A stretch of 32,000 nucleotides of DNA from Dickeya solani IPO 2222 (GTDB taxonomy: Bacteria; Pseudomonadota; Gammaproteobacteria; Enterobacterales; Enterobacteriaceae), in contig NZ_CP015137.1 in NCBI RefSeq assembly GCF_001644705.1, forward strand, positions 210,001-242,000, given 5' to 3'. Shown here piece after piece: positions 19,749 through 28,628 of the stretch. The notes under the pieces are model-generated. The model was not told where the DNA came from, did no database searches, and saw only the letters and a list, made by a program, of their open reading frames with translations. The position numbers and the translations under genes were made by a program. The stretch's first letter is position 1. The number at the start of each line of letters is the position of its first letter.

Positions 19749-20810
19749 TTACGCCGTAAAAAATGCCGCCGGCATACCCAGAGAACACCCGGCGTCGGTA
19801 ATTTTCCGCCACTCGCCGTCGGAAATGGTGATGCCTTCTGCCTGACGCTGCTGACGGGCCTGGCGTTCCGGTTCGCCGGCAATCAGAATCGGCACGGCCG
19901 GATCCGGCGAGCGCGAAGCACGGACATACGCCAGCATGGCATCGTACTCCTGTTTCAGCCACGCCATCCCCACCAATTTAGACGGATCGATCACAATGGT
20001 GGTCATGTTGTTGACGATAGCGCCTTCACGTGGATTACCCGGATGGATGGTGCCGCCGCCGGACAAAATGCCCGCCAGCAGTTCTGCCGCCAAAATCAGG
20101 CCGCCGCCCTTGTGACGCGCAATCGGCAACAACGCGCCGGTCGACTCGCCTTCCCACATCACTCGCGGGTCGGCGCTCGGACGTCCGTCGCAGTCCAGCA
20201 TCACCGGCTCATCAAAGGTTTTCCCCGCCAGCCAGGCCACGCGCGTTTTACCCAGTGCCACAATGCTGGTGGCGAAGTCCAGAATAAAATCGGGATTGTC
20301 GTCACTGCCCAGAAAAGCAATACAGATCGGGTTGGTGCCAAACCGCGCCTCGCTGCCGCCAAACGGCGCCACCAACGGTGCGATATCGCTGACGTTAACG
20401 AAGTGAATCGAAATCAGACCAGCCTGCGCCGCCATTTCGCCGTAGGTGCCAATGCGGCCCAGATGACAGGTTGACGCCAGCGTCATCAGGCAGATACCGG
20501 TGGTTTTCACCCGCTCAATCGCCGCCAGCATCGCTTCGCGCCCGGTACGCTGCCCGAACCCGCGATCGCCGGAGAACTGCAACACCGCGCCGCCATCCTG
20601 CAGCAGACGGGCCGGCGTGTTGGGATGCATGATGCCCTGCGCGATGAAGCTGACGTATTCCGGCAGCATGCCAACCCCGTGGCTGTCATGTCCTTTAAGA
20701 TTCGCGCCGACCAGATGGAGCGCCACGCACTCGGCTTCGTCATGGTCACACCCGGTGTTACGCAACAGTTCATAGGCTATCTGCGTTAAACGCTCAGCTG
20801 AAATCCGCAT
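19749..20810 (-). CDS. Ldh2-family (malate/L-lactate/hydroxycarboxylate) dehydrogenase, YbiC-like (353 aa)
   Basis: Collinear with E. coli YbiC (GHDSHG, HxGRIG, APFGGxxxRFGTNP, ALGKTRVAW, HKG). Occupies the position held by fhuE in E. coli. Confidence 0.88.
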   Translation of the reverse strand: MRISAERLTQIAYELLRNTGCDHDEAECVALHLVGANLKGHDSHGVGMLPEYVSFIAQGIMHPNTPARLLQDGGAVLQFSGDRGFGQRTGREAMLAAIERVKTTGICLMTLASTCHLGRIGTYGEMAAQAGLISIHFVNVSDIAPLVAPFGGSEARFGTNPICIAFLGSDDNPDFILDFATSIVALGKTRVAWLAGKTFDEPVMLDCDGRPSADPRVMWEGESTGALLPIARHKGGGLILAAELLAGILSGGGTIHPGNPREGAIVNNMTTIVIDPSKLVGMAWLKQEYDAMLAYVRASRSPDPAVPILIAGEPERQARQQRQAEGITISDGEWRKITDAGCSLGMPAAFFTA

Positions 20811-20994
20811 ACTGTTCCCTCTGAAAGAATGATGTTGTGGTACGCCGCTGATGGATGATGTTGTTATGGGCAGAGCGGCGTTGGTTATCCACTGTCGTGA
20901 CGGATAACGGGCGTATCACGTACGGCAGCGTCAGTTATCCTACTGCCGAACTTCCTGCGAGGGGAAACGATTCTGTCCTGCCGGGGGGCAGTCT

Positions 20995-21051
20995 CTGGAT
21001 ATAAAAAGCAGGATATAAAAAAACAGGATATAAAAAACAGGATGTAAAAAA
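20995..21051. repeat. Tandem repeat, 14-15 nt unit x4 (CAGGATATAAAAAA), abutting the ptsG terminator
   Basis: Copies are ctggatataaaaag (20995-21008), caggatataaaaaaa (21009-21023), caggatataaaaaa (21024-21037) and caggatgtaaaaaa (21038-21051). Confidence 0.88.
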
Positions 21052-21070
21052 GGGGCCGTAGCCCCTTTTC
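21045..21070 (-). terminator. Rho-independent terminator of ptsG
   Basis: On the minus strand, GGGGC-tacg-GCCCC is followed by TTTTTT, about 40 nt after the ptsG stop. Confidence 0.8.
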
Positions 21071-21107
21071 GTCAACTCCCCGTAATCCGTCAGTGGTTAC
21101 GGATCTT

Positions 21108-22541
21108 TCAGTGATTACGGATGTAATCGTCCATATCGGTTTTCAGGTTGTCGGACTTGGTGCCGAAGATCGCCTGCACGCCGGAACCGGCCACCACCAC
21201 GCCCGCCGCGCCCAATTTCTTCAGCTCGGCCTGATCAACTTTGGACACATCACCCACGCTAACGCGCAGACGGGTGATACAGGCATCCAGGTTGGTGATG
21301 TTTTCTTTGCCGCCGAACGCAGAAACCAGCGACTCTGCCATTTCAGAGTTGCCCTGAGCGGATTGTTCGGACGTGGACTCTTCGCGGCCTGGGGTTTTCA
21401 GATCCAGTTTGGCGATCAGCACACGGAACACGGTGTAGTACACCGCGGCATAGCACAGGCCCACGATCGGGAACAGCCACAGTTTGCTGCCGTTGCCGCT
21501 CAGTACGACGAAGTCGATCAACCCGTGGGAGAAGCTGGTGCCGTCACGCATGCCAAGCAGGATACAGATCGGGAACGCCAGACCCGCCAGCACGGCGTGG
21601 ATGACATACAGAATCGGTGCCACGAAGATGAAGGAAAACTCGATAGGTTCGGTGATACCGGTCAGGAACGCGGTCAGCGCAGCGGAAATCATGATGCCGC
21701 CCACTTTGGCGCGGTTTTCCGGTTTAGCCGAGTGCCAGATAGCGAGCGCGGCGGCCGGCAGACCATACATCTTGAACAGGAAGCCGCCAGACAGTTTACC
21801 TGCGGTCGGGTCACCTGCCATGTAACGCGGAATATCACCGTGGAACACCTGACCAGCGGCGTTGGTGAACTCGCCTACCTGCATCTGGAACGGCACGTTC
21901 CAGATATGGTGCAGACCGAACGGCACCAGACTACGCTCAACGATGCCGTAGATACCGAACGCCAGCACCGGGTTCTGGTAAGCGGCCCAGCGAGAGAAAG
22001 TCTGAATCGCGCTGCCCACCGGCGGCCAAATGAACGACAGCGCCACACCGATGATGATGGCGGCCAGGCCGGAGATGATCGGCACAAAACGCTTACCGGC
22101 AAAGAAGCCCAGGTATTCCGGCAACCGGATACGGTAGAAACGGTTGAACATGTAGGCGGCAATCGCACCGGCGATAATCCCCCCCAACACGCCAGTGTCG
22201 GCCATGTGGTTAGCCGCGATATCTGCCGGCGACATATGCAGCACCAGCGGCGCTACCACCGCCATGGTTTTCACCATAATGCCGTAAGCGACCACCGCAG
22301 CCAGCGCAGACACACCGTCATTATTGGTGAAGCCCAGCGCCACGCCGATAGCAAAAATCAGCGGCATGTTGGCAAAAACCGAATCGCCCGCCTGCGCCAT
22401 CACGCTAGAAACAACCGCTGGCAGCCAGCTAAAGTTGGCCGACCCGACGCCCAGCAGAATACCGGCGATAGGCAGCACGGACACTGGCAGCATCAGCGAT
22501 TTACCTACTTTTTGTAGGTTTGCAAATGCATTTTTGAACAT
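21108..22541 (-). CDS. ptsG: PTS glucose-specific EIICB component PtsG (477 aa)
   Basis: [31 protein letters not shown]... is near-identical in layout to E. coli PtsG. The C-terminal EIIB domain has [13 protein letters not shown] (phospho-Cys). Confidence 0.98.
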   Translation of the reverse strand: MFKNAFANLQKVGKSLMLPVSVLPIAGILLGVGSANFSWLPAVVSSVMAQAGDSVFANMPLIFAIGVALGFTNNDGVSALAAVVAYGIMVKTMAVVAPLVLHMSPADIAANHMADTGVLGGIIAGAIAAYMFNRFYRIRLPEYLGFFAGKRFVPIISGLAAIIIGVALSFIWPPVGSAIQTFSRWAAYQNPVLAFGIYGIVERSLVPFGLHHIWNVPFQMQVGEFTNAAGQVFHGDIPRYMAGDPTAGKLSGGFLFKMYGLPAAALAIWHSAKPENRAKVGGIMISAALTAFLTGITEPIEFSFIFVAPILYVIHAVLAGLAFPICILLGMRDGTSFSHGLIDFVVLSGNGSKLWLFPIVGLCYAAVYYTVFRVLIAKLDLKTPGREESTSEQSAQGNSEMAESLVSAFGGKENITNLDACITRLRVSVGDVSKVDQAELKKLGAAGVVVAGSGVQAIFGTKSDNLKTDMDDYIRNH

Positions 22542-22545
22542 AATA

Positions 22546-22561
22546 GAGAGTGCTCCTGAGT
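22546..22561 (-). promoter_or_regulatory. ptsG 5' leader and SD segment matching the SgrS sRNA pairing site
   Basis: The minus strand reads ACTCAGGAGCACTCTC directly upstream of the ATG. This is identical to the segment of the E. coli ptsG leader (..CAUACUCAGGAGCACUCUCAAUUAUG) that I recall as the SgrS target. Confidence 0.65.
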
Positions 22562-22642
22562 AATAGTGCTTCTACTTCTGACAGTTCGCCTGAAGGTGGG
22601 GAGGTCATCCTTCACGCGGTCGGATGTGATATGCATCCTCAT

Positions 22643-22667
22643 TAATTTTTACGCAGAGTAAAATAAA
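22643..22667 (-). promoter_or_regulatory. Mlc (DgsA) operator at the ptsG P1 promoter
   Basis: The minus strand reads TTATTTTACTCTGCGTAAAAATTAA, against my recollection of the E. coli ptsG P1 Mlc site, TTATTTTACTCTGTGTAATAAATAA. It is centred about 114 nt upstream of the ATG, matching the E. coli P1 geometry. Confidence 0.6.
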
Positions 22668-22681
22668 TGTTGCATCAAATG

Positions 22682-22697
22682 TTTGATAGCAGTCACG
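22682..22697. promoter_or_regulatory. CRP site for ptsG P1 (TTTGA-N6-TCACG)
   Basis: Matches TGTGA-N6-TCACA at 8/10 positions. It is centred about 34 bp upstream of the Mlc operator centre, consistent with a class II (-40.5) arrangement as in E. coli. Confidence 0.5.
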
Positions 22698-22857
22698 TTT
22701 CAACTCATGGGAAACCCACGTCACTATCAGAAGCCTTATGGTTTGTGATCTAACGCTAAAAATTAACCCCGCCATCGTACAGCGCAAGCTGCAAATGACA
22801 GGGATTATTAGCGATTAATTACGAAGCCAAAAAAAACTCGCGTATTCTCAACCAGTA

Positions 22858-23652
22858 TCAGGCCACGGTCAACCGTGCTGCATCAATGTGGAATAACCGA
22901 GCAAAATTTTCGGTAGTGGTGGATGCCAGTTGTTCGAGACTGACATTTTTGAGTACAGCCAGATATTCAGCCACATCACGCACGTAGGCGGGCTGATTTT
23001 CCTTGCCGCGATAGGGAACCGGCGCCAGCCACGGGGAATCGGTTTCAATCAGCAGCCGGTCCAGCGGCACGTAGCGCGCGACGTCGCGCAATGCGTCCGC
23101 ATTACGGAAAGTTACGATCCCGGAAAAGGAAATATAGAACCCCAAATCCAGCAGTTTCTCCGCCGTTTCCCGATCTTCGGTAAAACAGTGCAGCACACCG
23201 CCGCATTCGTCCGCTTTTTCTTCGCGCAGAATGGCAAGCGTATCTTCACGGGCGGAACGAGTATGCACAATCACCGGCTTATTCAGCGCTCGGCCAACGC
23301 GGATGTGCTCGCGAAACGATGCCTGCTGCTGCGGGATGGTGTCTTGCTGATAATAGTAATCCAGCCCGGTTTCCCCTAAAGCGACAACCGACGGTAAGGC
23401 CGCCAGCGTGCGTAGCTCGGCGAAATCGTACGGCTCTTCCTGGCTGAGCGGGTGTACGCCGCAGGAAAACGCCACATTGTCGCGCTCGCCGATCAATTCG
23501 GTCATAGCGCGGAATCCCGGTAAGGTGGTCGCCACCGCCAGAAAAAAGCCCACCTCACGCTCACGGGCCTTGCTCAGCACGTCAGACACGTCTTTGTGCA
23601 GCGACTGATAATCCAAACCATCAAGATGGCAGTGGGAATCAACTAACAACAT
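22858..23652 (-). CDS. ycfH: TatD-family metal-dependent hydrolase YcfH (264 aa)
   Basis: Collinear with E. coli YcfH (LVDSHCHLDGLDY..., GETGLDYYY, VIVHTR, HCFTEDRETA, ETDSP). I chose the ATG at 23652. The track start at 23658 is a TTG. Confidence 0.93.
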   Translation of the reverse strand: MLLVDSHCHLDGLDYQSLHKDVSDVLSKAREREVGFFLAVATTLPGFRAMTELIGERDNVAFSCGVHPLSQEEPYDFAELRTLAALPSVVALGETGLDYYYQQDTIPQQQASFREHIRVGRALNKPVIVHTRSAREDTLAILREEKADECGGVLHCFTEDRETAEKLLDLGFYISFSGIVTFRNADALRDVARYVPLDRLLIETDSPWLAPVPYRGKENQPAYVRDVAEYLAVLKNVSLEQLASTTTENFARLFHIDAARLTVA

Positions 23653-23671
23653 AATCAAGGGTATCCGGTAT

Positions 23672-24682
23672 TCAGGAAAAAGACGACGACACCGGCAGCG
23701 TCGGAGACGACAACAGGCTCTCCCACGCCAGCAACAGTTCCGTCAATAACAATTCGCGGTTAACGCCCGTCACCGACAGCAACTGGTGACGACAGTGCAG
23801 CCAGCGCCGCAAGCCATAGTGCAGGCGAGCATCGCCAAGTTGTGACGCCAGTTGCGCCACCAGCGCCGCCTGATCCTGGTTGGTCCGCTGATCCGCAGCC
23901 TGATGGCGCCATTTCAGGGCATCCAGAAACAGTGTGCTCACCCAGTGGATACGGCGATCGGCGTCATCATGATTGAACACGGGCAACAGCGCCAGCGCAT
24001 CACCGGACTGCAGGCTCTGCCCCAGCTGCTGGCAAACGGCCTGACGCGCCTTCCAGTTGTCCGGCTGCAACAATGCTTCAGCAACCAGCGGCGCCCCCGC
24101 GGCCAGACGCAACGCGGTCTGCAGCGCCAGCCCATCATGGTGCCCGCGCCCACGCAGCCATTGCATCCCTTGCGGCTCAGCCGGCACATCCAGGTACCAA
24201 TGCAGGCAGCGACTGCGCAGCGTCGCCAGCAACCGTCCCGGTTCGCGGCATCCCAGCAGAAAATAGGTTTGCGCCGGCGGCTCCTCCAGCGTTTTCAGCA
24301 GCGCGTTGGCCGCCGCTTCGGTCAGGCTTTCCGCCTGCGGTAGCCAAACCACTTTCGCACCGCCCTGCCGCGAACGCTGGTACACCGGCTCCAGCACATC
24401 ACGCACCGCGTCAACCCCCAGGCTGTGCTTGCCTTTTTCCGGGCTGAGGGTATGCCAGTCCGGATGGGTGCCGGCGCTCATCAACTCACAGGAATGGCAG
24501 CGGCCGCAGCTCTTTGCGCCATCCGGCTGCCGGCACAGCAGCCAGCGGCTGAATGCGTACACCAGCGAGGCGTCGCCCATGCCGTCGATGGCGTGCAACA
24601 ACAGCGCGTGGTGACCACGCTCCGCCTGATGCGACGCCAACAGCTGGCGGTAAGGCGCATTCAGCCAGGGATACCACTCCAT
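23672..24682 (-). CDS. holB: DNA polymerase III delta-prime subunit HolB (336 aa)
   Basis: Shows MxWYPWL, GRGHHALL, a Zn module CGxCxxCxLMxAGTHPD, and LLKTLEEPP...SRC, collinear with E. coli HolB. Confidence 0.95.
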   Translation of the reverse strand: MEWYPWLNAPYRQLLASHQAERGHHALLLHAIDGMGDASLVYAFSRWLLCRQPDGAKSCGRCHSCELMSAGTHPDWHTLSPEKGKHSLGVDAVRDVLEPVYQRSRQGGAKVVWLPQAESLTEAAANALLKTLEEPPAQTYFLLGCREPGRLLATLRSRCLHWYLDVPAEPQGMQWLRGRGHHDGLALQTALRLAAGAPLVAEALLQPDNWKARQAVCQQLGQSLQSGDALALLPVFNHDDADRRIHWVSTLFLDALKWRHQAADQRTNQDQAALVAQLASQLGDARLHYGLRRWLHCRHQLLSVTGVNRELLLTELLLAWESLLSSPTLPVSSSFS

Positions 24683-24689
24683 CAGTCGT

Positions 24690-25334
24690 TCACTCCCCTC
24701 GCTCGTTCAGTTGCTGTAACCAGTCAGACAAGGCCTGACGGATGTCGGCGTTGACCTGCTCCAAGTCTCGGGATGCATCAATCGTCACGATAGAGGCGTC
24801 GGCCGCCGCCAGTTGCTGATAGCGGGCGCGGGTACGTTCGAAAAACGCCAGCGACTCCTGCTCAATACGATCCAGCGCGCCACGCTGGCGGGCGCGTTTA
24901 AGCCCCAACTCAGGCGGAATATCCAGATACAGCGTCAAATCGGGACGGAAATCGCCCAGCACGGTATCCCGCAGCGAGGTCATCAACTGCTCATCGATAC
25001 CCCGGCCGCCACCCTGATAGGCCTGAGAAGAGAGATCGTGCCGATCGCCCACCACCCACGCGCCGCGGGCCAGCGCAGGACGAATCACGTTCTCCACCAG
25101 TTGCACCCGCGCCGCATACAGCATCAGCAATTCGGCCTTATCCGTCAGCGTTTCATTCGCCACGCCCTGCTTGATCAACTCGCGCAGTGTTTCTGCCAGC
25201 GGCGTGCCGCCGGGTTCACGGGTAAACACGATGTCATCAATGCCGAATGTCCGTAGCGTTTCCACCACCACCGCATGAGCGCTGGTCTTACCCGCGCCTT
25301 CCAGGCCTTCAATTACGATAAATTTACTGTTCAT
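24690..25334 (-). CDS. tmk: Thymidylate kinase (214 aa)
   Basis: P-loop [13 protein letters not shown] and the DRH/LID region. The start overlaps the mltG 3' end by 11 nt. Confidence 0.97.
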   Translation of the reverse strand: MNSKFIVIEGLEGAGKTSAHAVVVETLRTFGIDDIVFTREPGGTPLAETLRELIKQGVANETLTDKAELLMLYAARVQLVENVIRPALARGAWVVGDRHDLSSQAYQGGGRGIDEQLMTSLRDTVLGDFRPDLTLYLDIPPELGLKRARQRGALDRIEQESLAFFERTRARYQQLAAADASIVTIDASRDLEQVNADIRQALSDWLQQLNERGE

Positions 25335-26355
25335 TCTTTTCCTTTCCGGCGGCAGCCTGCGCGGAACGATACGCCTGCACGGCGCGGTTATGATCGTTCA
25401 GATTGGTGGTAAATTTGTGTCCACCCTTGCCGTCGGCCACAAAATAGAGATAGCCGGTTTTGGCCGGATGCGCGGCTGCTTCGAGGGACGCCTTGCCCGG
25501 CATGGCAATCGGCGTGGGCGGCAATCCGCTGATGACGTAGGTATTGTACGGCGTGGGAGCCTCCAGCGCACTGCGGGTAATCACGCCGTTATAGCTGTCC
25601 CCCATGCCGTAGATCACCGTCGGGTCGGTCTGCAACCGCATACCGACGCGCAGGCGATTGATAAATACCGAGGCCACCAGCGGCCGCTCTTCATTAATCG
25701 CGGTTTCTTTCTCAATCAACGACGCCATCACTAGCAGGTCGTCCGGGGTTTTGTAGGGTAACCCTTCATCCCGCCCCTGCCAGACGTCATTGAGCATTTT
25801 CGTCATCCGCTGCTGCGCGCGCTGTAGGATAGACCTGTCGCTCATGCCCGCCGTGTGCAGATACGTATCCGGATAAAACCAGCCTTCTGGATTGGCTTTG
25901 TCTTTCAACCCCATCGCCTCGGCGATTTCCTGCGGTGTTTTATCATCCAGCGAGTGCTTGAGATAAGGTGCCGACTTCAGCGTTTCCTGCCAGTCTTTCA
26001 GGCGCGAACCTTCGACAAAGCGCAGCGAAAACTGCGCTTCTTTGCCGCTGGCCAGCAGCACCAGCATGTCGCGCACCGTCATCGCAGGCATCAACCGGTA
26101 GGTTCCCGCCTTAAACGCCGCCAGTTCTGGCTCCAGATGCAGCAACCAGGGGAACCAACCGCTGGCGCCAATAATCTGTTGTTCTACCAGCAGCTCTTTT
26201 AAACCTTCACGATTGGTGCCGGAAGGGAGAGTAAAAATGGTTTCCTGTTTAATAGCCAGCGGTGAATCGGCAAAGTGCTGTATCTGTTTCCACAGCCCCC
26301 AGGCAACGATTGCCAGCAGAACAATAATCCCAAGACCCCGTTTTATTCTCTTCAT
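25324..26355 (-). CDS. mltG: Endolytic murein transglycosylase MltG (YceG), 343 aa
   Basis: N-terminal TM anchor and a YceG domain ([19 protein letters not shown], YNTYxxxGLPPxPI). Confidence 0.95.
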   Translation of the reverse strand: MKRIKRGLGIIVLLAIVAWGLWKQIQHFADSPLAIKQETIFTLPSGTNREGLKELLVEQQIIGASGWFPWLLHLEPELAAFKAGTYRLMPAMTVRDMLVLLASGKEAQFSLRFVEGSRLKDWQETLKSAPYLKHSLDDKTPQEIAEAMGLKDKANPEGWFYPDTYLHTAGMSDRSILQRAQQRMTKMLNDVWQGRDEGLPYKTPDDLLVMASLIEKETAINEERPLVASVFINRLRVGMRLQTDPTVIYGMGDSYNGVITRSALEAPTPYNTYVISGLPPTPIAMPGKASLEAAAHPAKTGYLYFVADGKGGHKFTTNLNDHNRAVQAYRSAQAAAGKEKNEQ

Positions 26356-26361
26356 AACACA

Positions 26362-27165
26362 TCATGACTCACAGTTAGGGCTCAGAAAGTCGTACAACTC
26401 TCGTGAGCGATAACACCAGATATGCGCCTGGTTAACGGGTATCACCGGCATCAACGCATTGCACACCAGTACTTCGTCCGCGTCCGCCAGCGTTTCCAGT
26501 GGTTCGGTCACCACATGCAATTCATACGCCGATGCCGACAACAGCGCCATAATATGCCGCCGCGCGACGCCGTCAACGCCGGCAAGCGAGACATCCGGCG
26601 TGAAAACCCGCGTTCCCTTGCGCCAGAATAAATTAGCCGCACAGCATTCCACCAGCGCCCCGGAGGTGTCAAGCACCAGCGCCTCATCAGCGCCGGACTG
26701 TTCAAGATGCATGCGGATGAACACCTGCTCCAGCCGGTTCAGATGTTTTATCCCCGCCAGCCAGGCGCTCTGCGCCAGCGAAACCGGGCTAAGCGCCAGC
26801 CGGATGCCATCCTGACGCCAGTTAACATAATGTTGCGGATACGCCGCCTGCATCACAATGCGTACCGGTTTGTGGCATCCTGCCGGGCTGTAGCCGCGCC
26901 CGCCGTTGCCCCGACTGATAATGGCTTTCACCACGCCGTCAATTCGGCCCCCGGCGGCCTGCTGCATCTCATCGCTCAGTTGCTGCCAGTCAGGGTCGGG
27001 CAACAACAGTTTTTCCGCCGCCTGCTGCAACCGCCGAATATGTCTCTCCAGCCAGACAATCCGGCCGTTCACAACCCTGGCCGTGGTGAAACAGCCGTCG
27101 CCAAACTGTACGCTGCGATCCGATACCGGCAGGCATTGCTCCGCTTTTCCGTCAATCCACCACAT
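26362..27165 (-). CDS. pabC: Aminodeoxychorismate lyase PabC (267 aa)
   Basis: Fold-type IV PLP enzyme collinear with E. coli PabC (DRxxQFGDGCFTT, GIKHLNRLEQV, ECCAANLFWRKG). Confidence 0.93.
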   Translation of the reverse strand: MWWIDGKAEQCLPVSDRSVQFGDGCFTTARVVNGRIVWLERHIRRLQQAAEKLLLPDPDWQQLSDEMQQAAGGRIDGVVKAIISRGNGGRGYSPAGCHKPVRIVMQAAYPQHYVNWRQDGIRLALSPVSLAQSAWLAGIKHLNRLEQVFIRMHLEQSGADEALVLDTSGALVECCAANLFWRKGTRVFTPDVSLAGVDGVARRHIMALLSASAYELHVVTEPLETLADADEVLVCNALMPVIPVNQAHIWCYRSRELYDFLSPNCES

Positions 27166-27228
27166 ATTTGTCCCCTCGACCAGGATGCAAGCCTGTCAGT
27201 CGTCTGCGCGTCCGGCAAGCGGCACTAT

Positions 27229-27258
27229 CCGATTTTCAGTCAGCCGATTTTCAGTCAG
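27229..27258. repeat. Perfect 15-nt tandem duplication (CCGATTTTCAGTCAG x2) next to the fabF terminator
   Basis: 27229-27243 and 27244-27258 are identical. Confidence 0.9.
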
Positions 27259-27260
27259 GC

Positions 27261-27290
27261 AAAAAAAAGCCCGGCAGAACCGGGCTCTTC
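27261..27290 (-). terminator. Rho-independent terminator of fabF
   Basis: On the minus strand, GCCCGG-ttctg-CCGGGC is followed by T8, about 15 nt after the fabF stop. Confidence 0.85.
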
Positions 27291-27304
27291 ATTAAAACAT
27301 CACA

Positions 27305-28543
27305 TCAGACTTTGCGAAACACCAAGGAACCGTTGGTGCCGCCGAAACCAAAGGAGTTACACAACGTGTATTCCATATTGGTCACCTGACGCGCCTCGTG
27401 CGCCACGAAATCCAGATCGCAGCCTTCATCCGGGTTATCCAGATTGATCGTCGGCGGAACTGCCTTATCGCGCAACGCCAGAAGACAGAAGATCGACTCC
27501 ACCGCACCCGCCGCACCCAACAGGTGACCGATCATGGATTTGGTCGAACTAACCAGCACGCGGGTATCCGCACCGAACACCGACTTCACCGCCTGTGCTT
27601 CGGCTTTATCACCCGCCGCCGTAGACGTACCGTGCGCGTTGATATAACCCACCTGTTCCGTGGTAATACCTGCATCACGCAAGGCATTCTCCATCGCCAG
27701 CGCCGCGCCGGCGCCACTTTCCGGCGGAGAAGTCATGTGGTAGGCGTCGCTGCTCATGCCAAAACCGACGATTTCAGCGTAGATTTTCGCTCCGCGCTTT
27801 TTGGCATGCTCATACTCTTCCAGCACCAGAATACCGGCGCCGTCGCCCAGCACGAAGCCATCGCGATCTTTGTCCCACGGGCGGCTTGCCGCCTGCGGGT
27901 TATCGTTGCGGGTCGACAAGGCGCGCGCCGCGCCGAATCCGCCAACGCCCAGCGGCGTACTGGCCTTTTCCGCCCCGCCGGCCAACATAACATCGGCATC
28001 GTTATACGCGATAATGCGCGCAGCGTGGCCGATGTTATGCACACCAGAAGTACATGCGGTGGCGATGGAAATGGTAGGTCCACGCAGGCCGAACATGATG
28101 CTCAGGTGCCCAGCGACCATATTGACAATAGTGGACGGCACAAAGAACGGACTGATTTTACGCGGTCCACCATGCACCAGCGCGCTATGGTTTTCCTCGA
28201 TCAGCCCCAGACCACCAATACCCGACCCGATAGCGGCTCCGATACGACTCGCATTGGCTTCCGTCACCTCAAGGCCTGAATCCTGCATGGCCTGAATGCC
28301 GGCTACAACCCCGTATTGAATAAAGGCATCCATCTTGCGCGCTTCTTTGCGCGGGATGAAATCTTCACTGTTAAAGTCCTTTACTAAGCCAGCAAAACGC
28401 GTTGCATAGGCACTAGTATCGAAATGATCAATCAGGCTGATGCCACTCTGACCGGCAAGCAGAGCATTCCAGGTTGACGCTACTGTATTGCCGACAGGAG
28501 ATAACATGCCCAGACCAGTCACAACTACTCGACGCTTAGACAC
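27305..28543 (-). CDS. fabF: 3-oxoacyl-ACP synthase II (KAS II) FabF, 412 aa
   Basis: [18 protein letters not shown]..., active-site Cys in ATACTSG, and the His-His motifs. GTG start as in E. coli. Confidence 0.98.
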   Translation of the reverse strand: MSKRRVVVTGLGMLSPVGNTVASTWNALLAGQSGISLIDHFDTSAYATRFAGLVKDFNSEDFIPRKEARKMDAFIQYGVVAGIQAMQDSGLEVTEANASRIGAAIGSGIGGLGLIEENHSALVHGGPRKISPFFVPSTIVNMVAGHLSIMFGLRGPTISIATACTSGVHNIGHAARIIAYNDADVMLAGGAEKASTPLGVGGFGAARALSTRNDNPQAASRPWDKDRDGFVLGDGAGILVLEEYEHAKKRGAKIYAEIVGFGMSSDAYHMTSPPESGAGAALAMENALRDAGITTEQVGYINAHGTSTAAGDKAEAQAVKSVFGADTRVLVSSTKSMIGHLLGAAGAVESIFCLLALRDKAVPPTINLDNPDEGCDLDFVAHEARQVTNMEYTLCNSFGFGGTNGSLVFRKV

Positions 28544-28589
28544 GCTGATCCTCCAGGGAGGGAATAAAAAAATGAGACTGAGGTAGAAG

Positions 28590-28617
28590 AAAACTTAGGC
28601 GGTCGAGCGACCGCCTA
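28590..28617 (-). terminator. acpP-fabF intergenic stem-loop (partial terminator or processing structure)
   Basis: TAGGCGGTCG (28596-28605) pairs with CGACCGCCTA (28608-28617). On the minus strand it is followed by AGTTTTCTTCT. Confidence 0.5.
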
Positions 28618-28628
28618 GATATGTTCGA

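Noticed and set aside
21093-22517. 474-aa ORF on the plus strand, antisense to ptsG. Similar long antisense ORFs are 5417-6259 (antisense to yegD), 16272-17171 (nagZ), 27398-28279 (fabF), 13050-13604 (ycfJ), 14199-14951 (ndh), 8159-8902 and 9275-9826 (GH31), 2286-2993 (mfd) and 17459-18088 (thiK).
   Set aside because: Each lies entirely inside a strongly homology-supported gene on the other strand. Their Arg/His/Gly/Gln-rich low-complexity translations show no recognisable domains. They are what GC-rich codon bias is expected to produce.
22741-22762. Second CRP-like half-site, TTTGTGATCTAACGCTAAAAATT, further upstream of ptsG
   Set aside because: Only the TGTGA half is good and the partner half (GCTAA) is poor. 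It could belong to a P2-type promoter, but I cannot support that from sequence.
22605-22787. 60-aa minus-strand ORF upstream of ptsG
   Set aside because: It overlaps the ptsG promoter, Mlc and CRP sites and the 5' leader. It has no SD and no similarity to anything I recognise.
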